A DNA stretch of 64,000 bases, taken from assembly GCA_019057475.1 (NCBI GenBank), contig DXJO01000020.1, positions 64,001-128,000 of the forward strand, read 5' to 3'. The notes under the pieces were generated by a model, which saw nothing but the letters and a program-made list of their open reading frames with translations, made no database searches and was not told where the DNA came from. The stretch is from Candidatus Thorarchaeota archaeon. GTDB lineage: Archaea > Asgardarchaeota > Thorarchaeia > Thorarchaeales > Thorarchaeaceae. Positions 1-9,719 of the stretch are shown in pieces. Position numbers and translations under genes: made by a program. Each line of letters starts with the position of its first letter. Position 1 is the stretch's first letter.

Positions 1-1182
1 GAGCCCGTTGATCTAGTCATCATTGCGGTAGCTGCCAAATACTGTGCGGAACTTATGTCAGAAGTACAAGGTGCCGGGGCTAGACATGCAGTGGTGATTT
101 CCGGTGGATTCAGTGAAACTGGTCCTGAAGGAGAGAAGCTCGAAGACGCGCTAGCCGCAGCTGCGAAAAAAGCGGATGTTAGAATCATCGGTCCGAACTG
201 CGTTGGAGTATCCAACAGTCGAATCTTCAATGGCACATTTACTATGATGCCAGAGCGCGGCAACATAGCATTCCTATCTCAGAGTGGTGCGCTTGGAGGC
301 ATGACGATCTATATGACGCGAGCGAAACGCATAGGCATAAGCAAGTTCGCTAGCGTTGGAAATGCGTCAGATGTGAGTTTCGATGAAATAATCGACTACT
401 TCAGAATAGACACAAAGTCTGCAGTCATTGCGGTATACGTAGAAGGAGTCGATAATGGCAGATTATTCTTCAATGCTCTATGTAACGCTGCCAACGAAAA
501 GCCAGTTGTTGTTCTGAAAGGTGGTCGGAGTGATGTAGGTGGAAAGGCCACACGGTCACACACCGGATCTATGGCTGGATCTCCGAAGCTGTTTGAAGGA
601 ATGATTCGCCAAGCTGGCTGTGTCACAGCCCCAACATTCGATTCATTGCTTGAGATATGCAAGCTATTTGATTATCAACCTCTTCCTGCGGGAAATCGTA
701 TTGGTATTATCAGTAATACAGGTGGAGCGGGAGTTCTGGCCACGGATGCAGTATCTGAATTCAATCTAGAAGTTCCTAATCTGGAAAGAAAAACACGTCA
801 TGAACTCAAACAGATTCTATCTCCCATGGCGTCGATAGACAATCCAGTGGACGTAGTGGCTGGTGCTGGCCGAAAAGAGTACAGTATTACAACAGAGCTT
901 TTGCTAAGAGATCCAAACATAGACATGCTGTTGGTAATCTGTGGTGTACCGACATTTGCAGGAATGACACAGACTGAACATGCAGCAGGCACTCTCGAAG
1001 GACTACGAACTGCCGAGAGCGGAAAGCCTGTTGTCGGAGTCTGGTTGGCGGGTGACGTTGGCAAGCCTGGTAAGGACTTGCTAGAAATGAACAGAATACC
1101 ATGTTATGACGACCCTGCGCTAGCAGCTCTCTGCATGTCACGAATGGCACAATACGCTGAGATGCATAGCTCTTCCAAGTAG
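1..1182 (+). CDS. Acetate/acyl-CoA ligase (ADP-forming) alpha subunit, 5' truncated by the window edge
   Basis: Frame open from position 1 (EPVDLVII...). Motifs IIGPNCVG, SQSGALG, SHTGSMAG (phospho-His) and NPVDV. Confidence 0.9.
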   Translation, partial: EPVDLVIIAVAAKYCAELMSEVQGAGARHAVVISGGFSETGPEGEKLEDALAAAAKKADVRIIGPNCVGVSNSRIFNGTFTMMPERGNIAFLSQSGALGGMTIYMTRAKRIGISKFASVGNASDVSFDEIIDYFRIDTKSAVIAVYVEGVDNGRLFFNALCNAANEKPVVVLKGGRSDVGGKATRSHTGSMAGSPKLFEGMIRQAGCVTAPTFDSLLEICKLFDYQPLPAGNRIGIISNTGGAGVLATDAVSEFNLEVPNLERKTRHELKQILSPMASIDNPVDVVAGAGRKEYSITTELLLRDPNIDMLLVICGVPTFAGMTQTEHAAGTLEGLRTAESGKPVVGVWLAGDVGKPGKDLLEMNRIPCYDDPALAALCMSRMAQYAEMHSSSK

Positions 1183-1230
1183 GTCGTTCTACTGAAATAT
1201 CATGTATTACATGTATTAGAGCCGATACCA

Positions 1231-1539
1231 TTATGATTTCAGATGTCTTTCTGCAATGGTCGGAAACTCATTTGTCACCGCTTCGCGCAGCCTACGCTCA
1301 ACCCACATACTCAGGTTGATCGACTTTTCACTTCTCACAGCCTGCAAACAACTTCTCAAGTCTATTGGAATGGAGAACGAAACAATGGGGCTCTTACGCT
1401 CACGGTTTGGCACAGCCTCAACATGCCCAGCTTCATCTACTCTCTTTACAGAGGTGTGTGTGGGTTGACTTATCGCTGCTGCAGATTCACCCTTCTTTCG
1501 TCTATCTTCTTCATCTCGTCTATACTTACCTAAAACCAT
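1231..1539 (-). CDS. Small protein with a charged/disordered N-terminus and a C-terminal ribbon-helix-helix (CopG-like) domain
   Basis: ATG at 1539 preceded by GGAGG, 2 nt after the ATPase stop. IVSFSIPIDLRSCLQAVRSEKSINLSMWVERRLREAV fits a beta-alpha-alpha RHH pattern. Confidence 0.65.
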   Translation of the reverse strand: MVLGKYRRDEEDRRKKGESAAAISQPTHTSVKRVDEAGHVEAVPNRERKSPIVSFSIPIDLRSCLQAVRSEKSINLSMWVERRLREAVTNEFPTIAERHLKS

Positions 1540-1541
1540 TA

Positions 1542-2516
1542 TTACACCTCCTTCAAGATACTGGCATAAGCTTCTGTCACCAGCTCGGCAATCTTTAGGG
1601 TAACAGCTGGATTTCCTGATTGTCTGAGCTTTTCTGCTGCCACCTGTTGGCACCCGCGGGCAAGCATCCGTATATCGCGTGGATTCCCTCTGGCTGCACG
1701 GTTGATAGTTTCTATTGTTCTCTCATCAAATGGATATAGGTCGAAATTAGTGGGATCAAATGTATCGATTTTCCCTTTCGCATACGCCAATCTACGGCCA
1801 ACGAATTCCTTCGCCTTTTGATCATCAAGTGGCGGTACATCAAGTGGTTCAGTTCTGTGTGCAATCTGCGGCAAGAAGTTGAGCATGGCATTCCAATACT
1901 CCGTTGTTCCGCTCATGATAAGCGTGATAATGGGCTCATCAAGTGCACTTCCGCCACGTGAATCAACCATCTCCTCAGTAGGCAAATCTGCCAAGTATCG
2001 CAGTTTGTGGAAAGCTGCCTCTTGGTTGTCAGCAACATCTTCTATGAATAAGGCTGTGCGACACTTGTCCTGGACGTACCTTCTTAGGCTCTCTTTGGCA
2101 ACGGCCTCGACAATCTGACTTGACTCCCATGACCGACGATACTTAATCCTAAGAGAATCAGCTATTGCTGCTGACATTTGTTTTTCATAGAGACCGGTCA
2201 TTCCGACATAGCCCGTGACAAACTTGTTTCCGCGTCTGTCCGCCAAGGTGGGCAAGTCTCGAAGAGCCAAGAGCATCAAAGTACTCTTGCCAGATCCCAC
2301 TGGACCCCTCAGGAACACATGACGCTCATTCGTAAGAATCAAATCAACGATACTGTCAAGGAACGTTGGGTGTTCAATGTATAACCTTGAATCCGGCATC
2401 TTGTAGCCCCGGAATGGTGAGGACCTGCAGCTAACAGCCTCTTCCCACGCACGCAGAACTTCCTTTCTAGTGTTGAAGTGCCTAATCAAAGCGCTTTCAT
2501 GGATGGCAATTGTCAT
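1542..2516 (-). CDS. ExeA/GspA-like AAA+ ATPase (AAA_22-type)
   Basis: SPF..PD N-terminal motif, Walker A GPVGSGKS, variant Walker B ALFIED, and C-terminal PFDE...GNPRDI. Confidence 0.8.
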   Translation of the reverse strand: MTIAIHESALIRHFNTRKEVLRAWEEAVSCRSSPFRGYKMPDSRLYIEHPTFLDSIVDLILTNERHVFLRGPVGSGKSTLMLLALRDLPTLADRRGNKFVTGYVGMTGLYEKQMSAAIADSLRIKYRRSWESSQIVEAVAKESLRRYVQDKCRTALFIEDVADNQEAAFHKLRYLADLPTEEMVDSRGGSALDEPIITLIMSGTTEYWNAMLNFLPQIAHRTEPLDVPPLDDQKAKEFVGRRLAYAKGKIDTFDPTNFDLYPFDERTIETINRAARGNPRDIRMLARGCQQVAAEKLRQSGNPAVTLKIAELVTEAYASILKEV

Positions 2517-2713
2517 CTTGTTTGCCCTCTTGTATCACAAGTACTTCGTGTAATACAGTTTCTGCCATTTATTATTCTGATATAAATAGTATGGTCGATT
2601 ACCGGGGCTATACCAAACCCATCACAATGAACGATAACCTTTTTCAAGCAGACCAAATTGAGAAGCGCAGCCGGAAAGTTGACCCGAACTGGTGTAACAG
2701 GGAGTCAAGTGAA

Positions 2714-2992
2714 ATGGACATCAATCGAACTCAACACATACTAAACTCATTGATGATTCTCGCTTTCTTGATATTCGGAGGTCTTTCAGGTTTGCTGCTC
2801 ATCACAGATACACCTCTCACGAGTTCAACAGTTGCACTCCCATTCGCTTTCCTCTTCCTGTGCATCATGACTCTCATAGTCACTGGACAGATTGACGAGA
2901 AGCCTCAGATGATTGAGAAGTATCTACGCGAATGGCTTGTAATTTGTATCTTCGGTGTTATAGTGGCCGCCTTAGCCTTTACACTTGCCTGA
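2714..2992 (+). CDS. Small membrane protein (3 predicted TM segments)
   Basis: ATG at 2714 (MDINRTQ...) within ORF 2510-2992; three hydrophobic stretches. Confidence 0.7.
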   Translation: MDINRTQHILNSLMILAFLIFGGLSGLLLITDTPLTSSTVALPFAFLFLCIMTLIVTGQIDEKPQMIEKYLREWLVICIFGVIVAALAFTLA

Positions 2993-3084
2993 TGTTCAAC
3001 ACAAGAGTTTTAGGAACCCTAAAATTGAGCTATTCATTAGAGTAATAGGCACGAAATCCAATCTCTTCTGCAGAAGTGAATCCA

Positions 3085-3717
3085 ATGAGCAAAATCCTAC
3101 CGGGCACGAAGACAACACGTATGGAACTGCTTCGTCTCAAGAACAGGAAACGGCTAGCTCAGCGTGGCTATGATCTTCTCAAAGAGAAGTTAGATTCGTT
3201 AATCATGGAGTTCTTCAACTCGATTGCAGCAATCAAGCAGGCTCGTGAAGCCATGGAAGAATCATTATCTGAGGCATTCTCAGCACTTACTCAAGCTAAG
3301 ATGATTATGGGGCCATCAAGAGTTGTGGAGTTCGCTCATGCAAGTCAGGTACGCGCCGACCTCCGAATCACAACTCGTTCAATGATGGGGGTTCGTGTTC
3401 CTGTTCTAGCAGTTCAACAGCGATACCCAGATCTTCCCTATTCATTGGTTGACTCAAGCGCAAGATTAGATGCGATGAGCACGAAATTTAGAGATGCACT
3501 GAGGGCCATTGTTAGACTTGCTGAGATAGAAACAACTGTGAAGCGACTTGCTCTTGAGATTGAACGAACAAAGAGAAGGGTTTCCGCTCTCGAAACTATT
3601 GTCATCCCGAGATTAGAAGCCACAACTAGACACGTGAAATTGGCTCTAGAAGAAAGAGAACGAGAAGACTTCTTCAGAACCAAGATCATACGAGACCGGA
3701 TTGCTGCAGAAGAATAG
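3085..3717 (+). CDS. atpD: A/V-type ATP synthase subunit D
   Basis: TRMELLRLK...GYDLLKEK and EIERTKRRVSALE...EEREREDF motifs. Confidence 0.95.
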   Translation: MSKILPGTKTTRMELLRLKNRKRLAQRGYDLLKEKLDSLIMEFFNSIAAIKQAREAMEESLSEAFSALTQAKMIMGPSRVVEFAHASQVRADLRITTRSMMGVRVPVLAVQQRYPDLPYSLVDSSARLDAMSTKFRDALRAIVRLAEIETTVKRLALEIERTKRRVSALETIVIPRLEATTRHVKLALEEREREDFFRTKIIRDRIAAEE

Positions 3718-4098
3718 CTAGCCGTGACGAAGCTTCAGTATCGCAGAAGCTAAGTCCCCCTTACTTTCCTTCAGAGCTTCTATGGCATCTTCAATGCTAG
3801 CTCCAGTCTGACTTGCCACCAAGGCTGCATCTTCCATAGGAATTTCAATCTCCTTCTCTTTTCGTACTTCATCGGTTTCAACGCTGGCAGTAAGTCCGCG
3901 CTCTGTTTTTGTACCCGATACCTGGAACGATTCACTACCTGCTTGCTTAATCATCACTACTTGGGGATTTGATATGACCCATTCCTTATCTTCGAACCTA
4001 AACAGGACTTCTTTCACGCCGGCAATATCTTTCTGCTCGATTCCTGCCTTCTTCATCATCCGCGCCATTTGTTTCGGTGACATACCTCTGAATCCCAT
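3718..4098 (-). CDS. nac: Nascent polypeptide-associated complex protein (aeNAC)
   Basis: MARMMKKAGI NAC domain and C-terminal UBA domain (LVASQTG...GDLASAIL). Confidence 0.93.
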   Translation of the reverse strand: MGFRGMSPKQMARMMKKAGIEQKDIAGVKEVLFRFEDKEWVISNPQVVMIKQAGSESFQVSGTKTERGLTASVETDEVRKEKEIEIPMEDAALVASQTGASIEDAIEALKESKGDLASAILKLRHG

Positions 4099-4197
4099 TG
4101 AATCACACCTCAGTCAATCGTCTTCCTAATCATGGACTTTGTATCCAATTTCATCATACGTGGTCTTTCGAACCTGATAAAATGCTTGTGCTTAGTT

Positions 4198-5034
4198 TCA
4201 ACACGCACGAATGGGTGTGGCTTGGATGTCAAACACGTAGTGCTCAATACCGGGAGAGTAGTGCTTCACCTCTCGCACAGAAAACTCAGTGTTAAAATCC
4301 TGTTTCATTGCGAGGATATTAATTGTATTACCAACGCTCGGGATATCCTTCTTTGGTAATGCAGCATGAAGATGCACATATCCGCCATCCTCACGCAATG
4401 CTTTCAGAGCGTAAGGCAGATACTCGATGGTGTTGTGGAGATATCCTAAGATTACTCGATTCACCTCATTAACCGGGTGCATCTCCCTACAATCACCAAG
4501 CAGAGCTTGCATTCTGTCTTCCACTCCATTCAACTTGATATTCTCAACAAGAAAGCGGTGCGCCTCCGGGTTGATTTCAATGGCCACCACCCTAGATCTA
4601 GTCTTCTTAGCGATATGCAGAGAGAATTGTCCTACGCATGCAAACATATCAAGAACCATCTCATCTCCCTTAATCATGTTAGGCAAGCGCATTCTCTCAG
4701 CGACATTTCCCCTCGAAAAGGTTAGCCGCAGCGGGTCAAGTCGGAATAGCACACCCCCCTCAACGTGCTCAGTAACAGTATTGGAGTCACCTGCTATCAG
4801 CCTATACCCTGGCTTACGCATGGTTCCTATCGTTGGATCTGTTTTGACCGCCACTGAGCGGATTCTATGATCAAATTCCATTGTAGCTTCTCCGATAAGC
4901 TGTGCGAATTCATTCAGCTTTTCATGAATCTCTAGTAGGGCAACATGTCCTACGATTTGAAAACCCGAAGGGACAGGAACACAATCTGGAAGCCAATTCC
5001 CAATCTTCTCTCTGAGGAACTTTCGATAACGCAT
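4198..5034 (-). CDS. Trm5/Taw2 (Met-10+) family tRNA-modifying SAM-dependent transferase
   Basis: FSRGNVAER, VLDMFACVGQF, EINPEA..LVENIKLN and VKHYSPG. Confidence 0.9.
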   Translation of the reverse strand: MRYRKFLREKIGNWLPDCVPVPSGFQIVGHVALLEIHEKLNEFAQLIGEATMEFDHRIRSVAVKTDPTIGTMRKPGYRLIAGDSNTVTEHVEGGVLFRLDPLRLTFSRGNVAERMRLPNMIKGDEMVLDMFACVGQFSLHIAKKTRSRVVAIEINPEAHRFLVENIKLNGVEDRMQALLGDCREMHPVNEVNRVILGYLHNTIEYLPYALKALREDGGYVHLHAALPKKDIPSVGNTINILAMKQDFNTEFSVREVKHYSPGIEHYVFDIQATPIRAC

Positions 5035-5062
5035 GGCATGTAGACTCTGAGGTCATTGTCAC

Positions 5063-6262
5063 TTAGCAGTAGATATTACTTGGGAATTTTTCTTGCTGTC
5101 GCTCCTGAATCTTCTTTATTGCCTTGAGAAAGTCGTCCTGAGTGACACATCCTCTATCCTCACTGATTGCAAACATGCCAGCTTCTGTGCAGACTGCCTT
5201 GATATCTGCTCCCGACATTTTGTCACTCAAGGATATCAATGGCTTATAGCTAAATTCTGATTCGATATTCATTCCACGAGTGTGAATGGCAAATATCCTC
5301 TCTCTGCCCTTGTCATCAGGCAGCGGGAAATCAATAATCCGGTCAAAGCGTCCAGGCCTAAGCAAGGCTGGGTCTAGTATGTCGGGTCTATTTGTGGCTC
5401 CAATCACGGCAACTTGTCCACGAGAAGCAAATCCATCTAGCTCGCTAAGCAGTTGCATGAGAGTGCGCTGCACTTCACGGTCTCCCGAAGTCGCTACATC
5501 AAGTCGGTGAGAGCCCACTGCATCCAATTCATCTATGAAGATTATCGCAGGAGCTTTATCTTTCGCGAGCAAGAATACTTCTCGTACTAATCTAGCACCT
5601 TCCCCTATGAACTTCTGGACTAATTCTGAACCAATCACACGGATGAAGGTAGCTGTGGTTTCATGTGCAACTGCCCTAGCAGCTAGAGTCTTTCCTGTAC
5701 CAGGGGGTCCAGTGAGCAATACGCCACGAGGTGGGTCAATACCAACCCTCTCAAACAACTCCGGTTTCAGAAGAGGCAGTTCAACAGTCCCTTTAAGATC
5801 ATCAAGCTGCTTATCCAAGCCTCCAATATCTGAATACGAAACGTCTGGAGCCACCTCAATTTCCATGGCTCGAATCATTGGGTCTCGCGGGGGCGGAAGC
5901 TCCTGAGTTACAGCAAATGATCGCTGATTCAGAGCAACTCGCATGCCTGGTGAAAGCCGGTTTCTCGAGATTGAAGTTGCTACATGTACAACGAAGTTAG
6001 GTCCGGTAGAGCTTTTTACAACTGCCCTTCCATCGTCAAGCATCTCAACTACGGTCGCAGTAATGAGTGGAGACTGTCGGAGTTTCTCAAGTTCTGTTCT
6101 CAGGGTTTGAGTTTCCTTCTCTAATCGACTGCGCTCGGCATGCAGTATCTGTTTCTCTGTTTCGAGAGCACGCAGTCGGCGTTCTAGATGCCGAGTATAG
6201 GTTTCGGTGTAGGTTGAATCATCAATGCTGCCCTCTTTCTTTGCATCTGTAGTCCCTGGCAA
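5063..6262 (-). CDS. pan: Proteasome-activating nucleotidase
   Basis: N-terminal coiled coil, OB fold, [15 protein letters not shown] and [12 protein letters not shown]; C-terminus IYC (HbYX). Confidence 0.97.
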   Translation of the reverse strand: MPGTTDAKKEGSIDDSTYTETYTRHLERRLRALETEKQILHAERSRLEKETQTLRTELEKLRQSPLITATVVEMLDDGRAVVKSSTGPNFVVHVATSISRNRLSPGMRVALNQRSFAVTQELPPPRDPMIRAMEIEVAPDVSYSDIGGLDKQLDDLKGTVELPLLKPELFERVGIDPPRGVLLTGPPGTGKTLAARAVAHETTATFIRVIGSELVQKFIGEGARLVREVFLLAKDKAPAIIFIDELDAVGSHRLDVATSGDREVQRTLMQLLSELDGFASRGQVAVIGATNRPDILDPALLRPGRFDRIIDFPLPDDKGRERIFAIHTRGMNIESEFSYKPLISLSDKMSGADIKAVCTEAGMFAISEDRGCVTQDDFLKAIKKIQERQQEKFPSNIYC

Positions 6263-6424
6263 TGAAGGTCACCTTACGTCTTCTTCGATTGCTTAGAATT
6301 TAAGGATTGCTTTGAAGAAGTACCATTGGCAGTAGCTTCTGATCCCAACTGAGAGTTTATTGTATCAGGTCGGCAATGCTTATCTGTTGAGATACAATGG
6401 AGTTACTCGAAGAGGGATACTCCC

Positions 6425-7000
6425 ATGCCAAGCTGTGAGCTGTGTGGTCGAAATATGAAAGGTGCTGGTCGTGATGTCACCATAGAGGGTGCTGACATGC
6501 TTGTATGTCCACAGTGTGCCGCCAAGTTTGGAGGGCACACAATAGATTCCACATCAAGGAGAATCCAATTAGCTCCGAGAAATCCGTCATGGATGGGCAG
6601 CCCGATTGAGCCTTCAAGGGCCTCTCCTACTTCAGCAACTCCACGAGCTCGCGCCAAGCGAAGACCAAAGCCCAGGGGTGCTTTGCTCGAAGATATGATT
6701 CTGATTGAGGACTACGCACATGCTATTCGGGGTGCTAGGCAGAAGAGGAATCTGAGCCAAGATGAGCTTGCCCAGAAAGTTGGTGAGAGAGTTTCTACTC
6801 TCCAAGGTATTGAAACTGGCAGGCTGAAGCCCACCAAAAAGACGATTCGGGGGCTAGAGAGAGAGCTTGAAATCTCTCTGCTGGAATCTGTTGGACCTGT
6901 ACCGATAAAGAGTAACCGAGTGACGTCAGGAGGAAGCCCCACACTCGGAGATGTTGTACGTATCAAACGAAAGAAGTCCCAGAAAGACGAAGCCAAGTAA
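6425..7000 (+). CDS. mbf1: Archaeal multiprotein bridging factor aMBF1
   Basis: N-terminal Zn ribbon CELCG...CPQC, Cro-like HTH and C-terminal TLGDVV. Confidence 0.93.
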   Translation: MPSCELCGRNMKGAGRDVTIEGADMLVCPQCAAKFGGHTIDSTSRRIQLAPRNPSWMGSPIEPSRASPTSATPRARAKRRPKPRGALLEDMILIEDYAHAIRGARQKRNLSQDELAQKVGERVSTLQGIETGRLKPTKKTIRGLERELEISLLESVGPVPIKSNRVTSGGSPTLGDVVRIKRKKSQKDEAK

Positions 7001-7123
7001 TAGGTCTTATATAGTATCTAAACCACTAATACTACAGGGCCAAATCTCTCAACTACGACGTTTTCAATGATAGTACGAAACCAGTCGACAAATCAGATTT
7101 AATATGTCAAGGTGATTACTTCC

Positions 7124-7645
7124 ATGGTGCACAGCTCCTTCAATCATGACCTTTTTCGTCTTGTAGTGGAAGAGATAGCAGGAAAAGAGGGCGTCGATGT
7201 ATCAACAGTTCTTGTGAACTCTGAAGAAACAACTGATGAGGAAATCGCTACAAAGACTGATCTAAAGCTGAATGTAGTTCGCAGAATACTATACAAACTT
7301 CACGACAATCATCTTGCATCCTACAGACGAATCCGTGACACTAACACCGGTTGGTTTCTGTATTACTGGCATATCGACCCGAAAAAAGCTCAATCTCTCG
7401 TGAATAAGAAAAAATTCATGGTCTTGAGCCTTCTAGAACAAAGACTAGATCACGAGAGTAACAACGATTTGTACACCTGCGTAAACAGGGACTCCTCGCC
7501 GGTCCCCTTTGAGGAAGCAATGAATCTCTCGTTCCGGTGTCCTGTGTGCAATAGTCAACTGGAGTATGTAAACAACGAAAAGGCAATCAATTTTCTCCGC
7601 AAGCGAGTGGAGGAGCTCAGAGCTGACCTGAAAGCATCCACATAG
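7124..7645 (+). CDS. tfe: Transcription factor E alpha
   Basis: TDEEIA..LNVVRRILYKL...GWFLYYW winged helix and Zn ribbon FRCPVC. Confidence 0.95.
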   Translation: MVHSSFNHDLFRLVVEEIAGKEGVDVSTVLVNSEETTDEEIATKTDLKLNVVRRILYKLHDNHLASYRRIRDTNTGWFLYYWHIDPKKAQSLVNKKKFMVLSLLEQRLDHESNNDLYTCVNRDSSPVPFEEAMNLSFRCPVCNSQLEYVNNEKAINFLRKRVEELRADLKAST

Positions 7646-7694
7646 TTTCTCCATGTCATAAGAAACTGGGTCCCGTGCAAAAGGTACTTAGCAA

Positions 7695-8501
7695 TTGCAT
7701 AGATGCTGTCATTGTCAGGATAGGCTATCTTTGAAGATAACACTCATTGCTCGAGCATACGGTCCATACCGAGGAAGGGTACTAGGTCTGATGAAATCTG
7801 AAATTACTAACATGATTTCAGAACTCGACGCAAAGGTGCAGAAGGCAGCTACTGACAAGAGAGGTCACATCATACTCACTATCACAGGAGAAGACGAGGA
7901 ATTCATTGTTAATGTTCTGGATCGCGAGTACGGTATAGTACCAAGACCAGAGAAGCTTACGATTGGACAAGTTGAAAATGGTTACATTGTGGACCTCGGC
8001 AAAGTGGGGTATGGGCTATACGTGAATGTTGGTGTTTCGAAACCGAGTCGTATGGACGCTTTGCTACCGCTACACAAGATTCGAAATCAGTTTGAGATGC
8101 CGAAGACTCCACTGAGAAAAATCGCCAAAGCCCTTATCCTAGTTGACAATCTCCCTGTTGAAATAGTGTTGACTGGCATTGACATTCCTAATTCCAAGAT
8201 TGAAGCGGAGTTCAGCAAGCAGACTCTTGACAGAATCAAGAGGTGGAGCAAGGACGATCATGAGCGCCTTCTTGTTTTCGGTGTTACAAGAGAGCTACTT
8301 GACAGAGTTCTCTCAAAATCGGGCCACGAAGGGGACATCTACAGAGTTGAGAGAATTGGTCCTTTCGAGTATTCTCTAAGATGCAAACGAAGCACACGTG
8401 CTTCAGGGATAGTCACAGCCATCGGGCCCAAACTAAGGGGCGTTCCAATGCATCTGGTCATTCCGCGCGAAATGGAGGCGATTCGCGATGCCAAGGCTTG
8501 A
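7695..8501 (+). CDS. DUF2110 family protein (start uncertain)
   Basis: GYIVDLGKVGYGLYV OB-like motif; located after tfe as in other archaea. Confidence 0.75.
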   Translation: MHRCCHCQDRLSLKITLIARAYGPYRGRVLGLMKSEITNMISELDAKVQKAATDKRGHIILTITGEDEEFIVNVLDREYGIVPRPEKLTIGQVENGYIVDLGKVGYGLYVNVGVSKPSRMDALLPLHKIRNQFEMPKTPLRKIAKALILVDNLPVEIVLTGIDIPNSKIEAEFSKQTLDRIKRWSKDDHERLLVFGVTRELLDRVLSKSGHEGDIYRVERIGPFEYSLRCKRSTRASGIVTAIGPKLRGVPMHLVIPREMEAIRDAKA

Positions 8502-9165
8502 TGTCTGGCTCACAGAACAAGGATTGTTCTCATCTCGCCAAGTGGCAAAACGTGCAATACGAGCTGGCGGTGTTACGATCAATGGAAAACTAGCCAAGCC
8601 ATCAACTTGGATATCAGGCAAAGAAGAGGTTTTAATCAATGACCGTGCATCCAATACTCCACAGGGCTATTCCAAACTTATGGCGATAGAATCTGCACTC
8701 GACATTCAGTTTGCTGTCCCTGGTATCTTGGCTCTCGATATCGGCAGTTCAGCTGGTGGATTTCTGACCTATCTGGCAGAGAAGGGCGCCAAAGTTATCG
8801 GTCTCGAATATTCAGAAGATTTTATTATCCAATTGAGCAAAATCTCGGAAACATTTCCAGATGTTTCGGTTCTCATGTGTGATGCATTTGAAGTCGACCC
8901 TATGATTGTCTGCGGCCTAAACGAACTCGATCTTCTACTCGTTGACGTCACAACAAATCCCGATAATACAATCACCTTGACAAAGCGATTTACGCCCTTG
9001 TTGAAGAGGGGCGGCATGATTGTCGTAGCGATGAAAATCAAGCCAACAAGTGAGGAATTGCATGGTCTGCAGGATAAACTGGCTGAGCTCGGTTATAGGG
9101 ACATTCAGAAGGTCGTCCTAGATCAATCTCGGCAAGAAGTACATCTAATCGCTACTCACCAGTAA
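8488..9165 (+). CDS. TlyA-like rRNA methyltransferase (S4 + FtsJ domains)
   Basis: RLDVWL..GLFSSRQVAK S4 domain and ALDIGSSAGGF SAM motif. Confidence 0.88.
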   Translation: MPRLDVWLTEQGLFSSRQVAKRAIRAGGVTINGKLAKPSTWISGKEEVLINDRASNTPQGYSKLMAIESALDIQFAVPGILALDIGSSAGGFLTYLAEKGAKVIGLEYSEDFIIQLSKISETFPDVSVLMCDAFEVDPMIVCGLNELDLLLVDVTTNPDNTITLTKRFTPLLKRGGMIVVAMKIKPTSEELHGLQDKLAELGYRDIQKVVLDQSRQEVHLIATHQ

Positions 9166-9204
9166 GCAACGCTTTTATTCAGCTACCGCTTGGCACGCTT
9201 CGCA

Positions 9205-9271
9205 GGGGCGGTAGTCTAGCCCGGCTATGATGTCTCGCTTACACCGAGAAGATCGCTGGTTCAAATCCGGC
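9205..9271 (+). pseudogene. Truncated tRNA-Val(TAC) copy lacking the 3' acceptor strand
   Basis: 9212-9271 is identical to 9341-9400. The 5' acceptor GGGGCGG has no CCGCCCC partner after the T-arm. Confidence 0.8.
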
Positions 9272-9333
9272 ATTATGAGTATGCGAAATCTCACACAACG
9301 CTTTTAATCGGTCGTCAAACAAATTGTCGTCTA

Positions 9334-9411
9334 GGGCCGCTAGTCTAGCCCGGCTATGATGTCTCGCTTACACCGAGAAGATCGCTGGTTCAAATCCGGC
9401 GCGGCCCACCA
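9334..9411 (+). tRNA. tRNA-Val(TAC)
   Basis: Acceptor GGGCCGC/GCGGCCC, anticodon arm TCTCG-CTTACAC-CGAGA, encoded ACCA. Confidence 0.97.
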
Positions 9412-9601
9412 TCTGATTTCTTCTCTGGATATATGGCAACAACGACTCTTTTCCTTTTCGTCTTCTCCTAACCAGCAGGTCCGCATAATTATCTCTGTTT
9501 TCCTATAACCATATCAAATGTTCATCTAATAAATATACGAGTCTTACATAACTTCTAGATGCATTCCAGCTAAATTAGACATATATTTGAAATATTAGCT
9601 T

Positions 9602-9614
9602 AATAACTTTATAA
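9602..9614 (+). promoter_or_regulatory. BRE/TATA-like promoter for a putative small RNA or leader starting ~9637
   Basis: AATAACTTTATAA; the same AACTTTATA core occurs at 9698-9706. Confidence 0.5.
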
Positions 9615-9636
9615 CTCAATGTAGGGATTACTGTAC

Positions 9637-9700
9637 GAGTTCATAACCAATTCTGATGACGGAAGTAGGAGTGAGCTCAACTGACCGAACAGGTCAGAAC
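9637..9700 (+). ncRNA. Putative small RNA or leader complementary to the tnpB 3' RNA
   Basis: 9669-9681 is the exact reverse complement of 11498-11510, and 9641-9648 of 11588-11595. Ends in hairpin CTGACC-GAACA-GGTCAG. Confidence 0.4.
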
Positions 9701-9708
9701 TTTATATC
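9696..9708 (+). promoter_or_regulatory. TATA-like promoter for a (near-)leaderless tnpB mRNA
   Basis: AGAACTTTATATC about 25 nt upstream of ATG 9726. Confidence 0.55.
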
Positions 9709-9719
9709 TCGAAGGCGAC

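Noticed and set aside
5063-9165. pan/mbf1/tfe/DUF2110 neighbourhood as a novel system
   Set aside because: This is a known conserved archaeal housekeeping neighbourhood.
9652-9700. Hammerhead ribozyme or C/D-box sRNA (CTGATGA...CTGA...GAAC)
   Set aside because: There is no GAAA core with correct stems, and only one C-like and one D-like box. Kept only as part of the leader finding.
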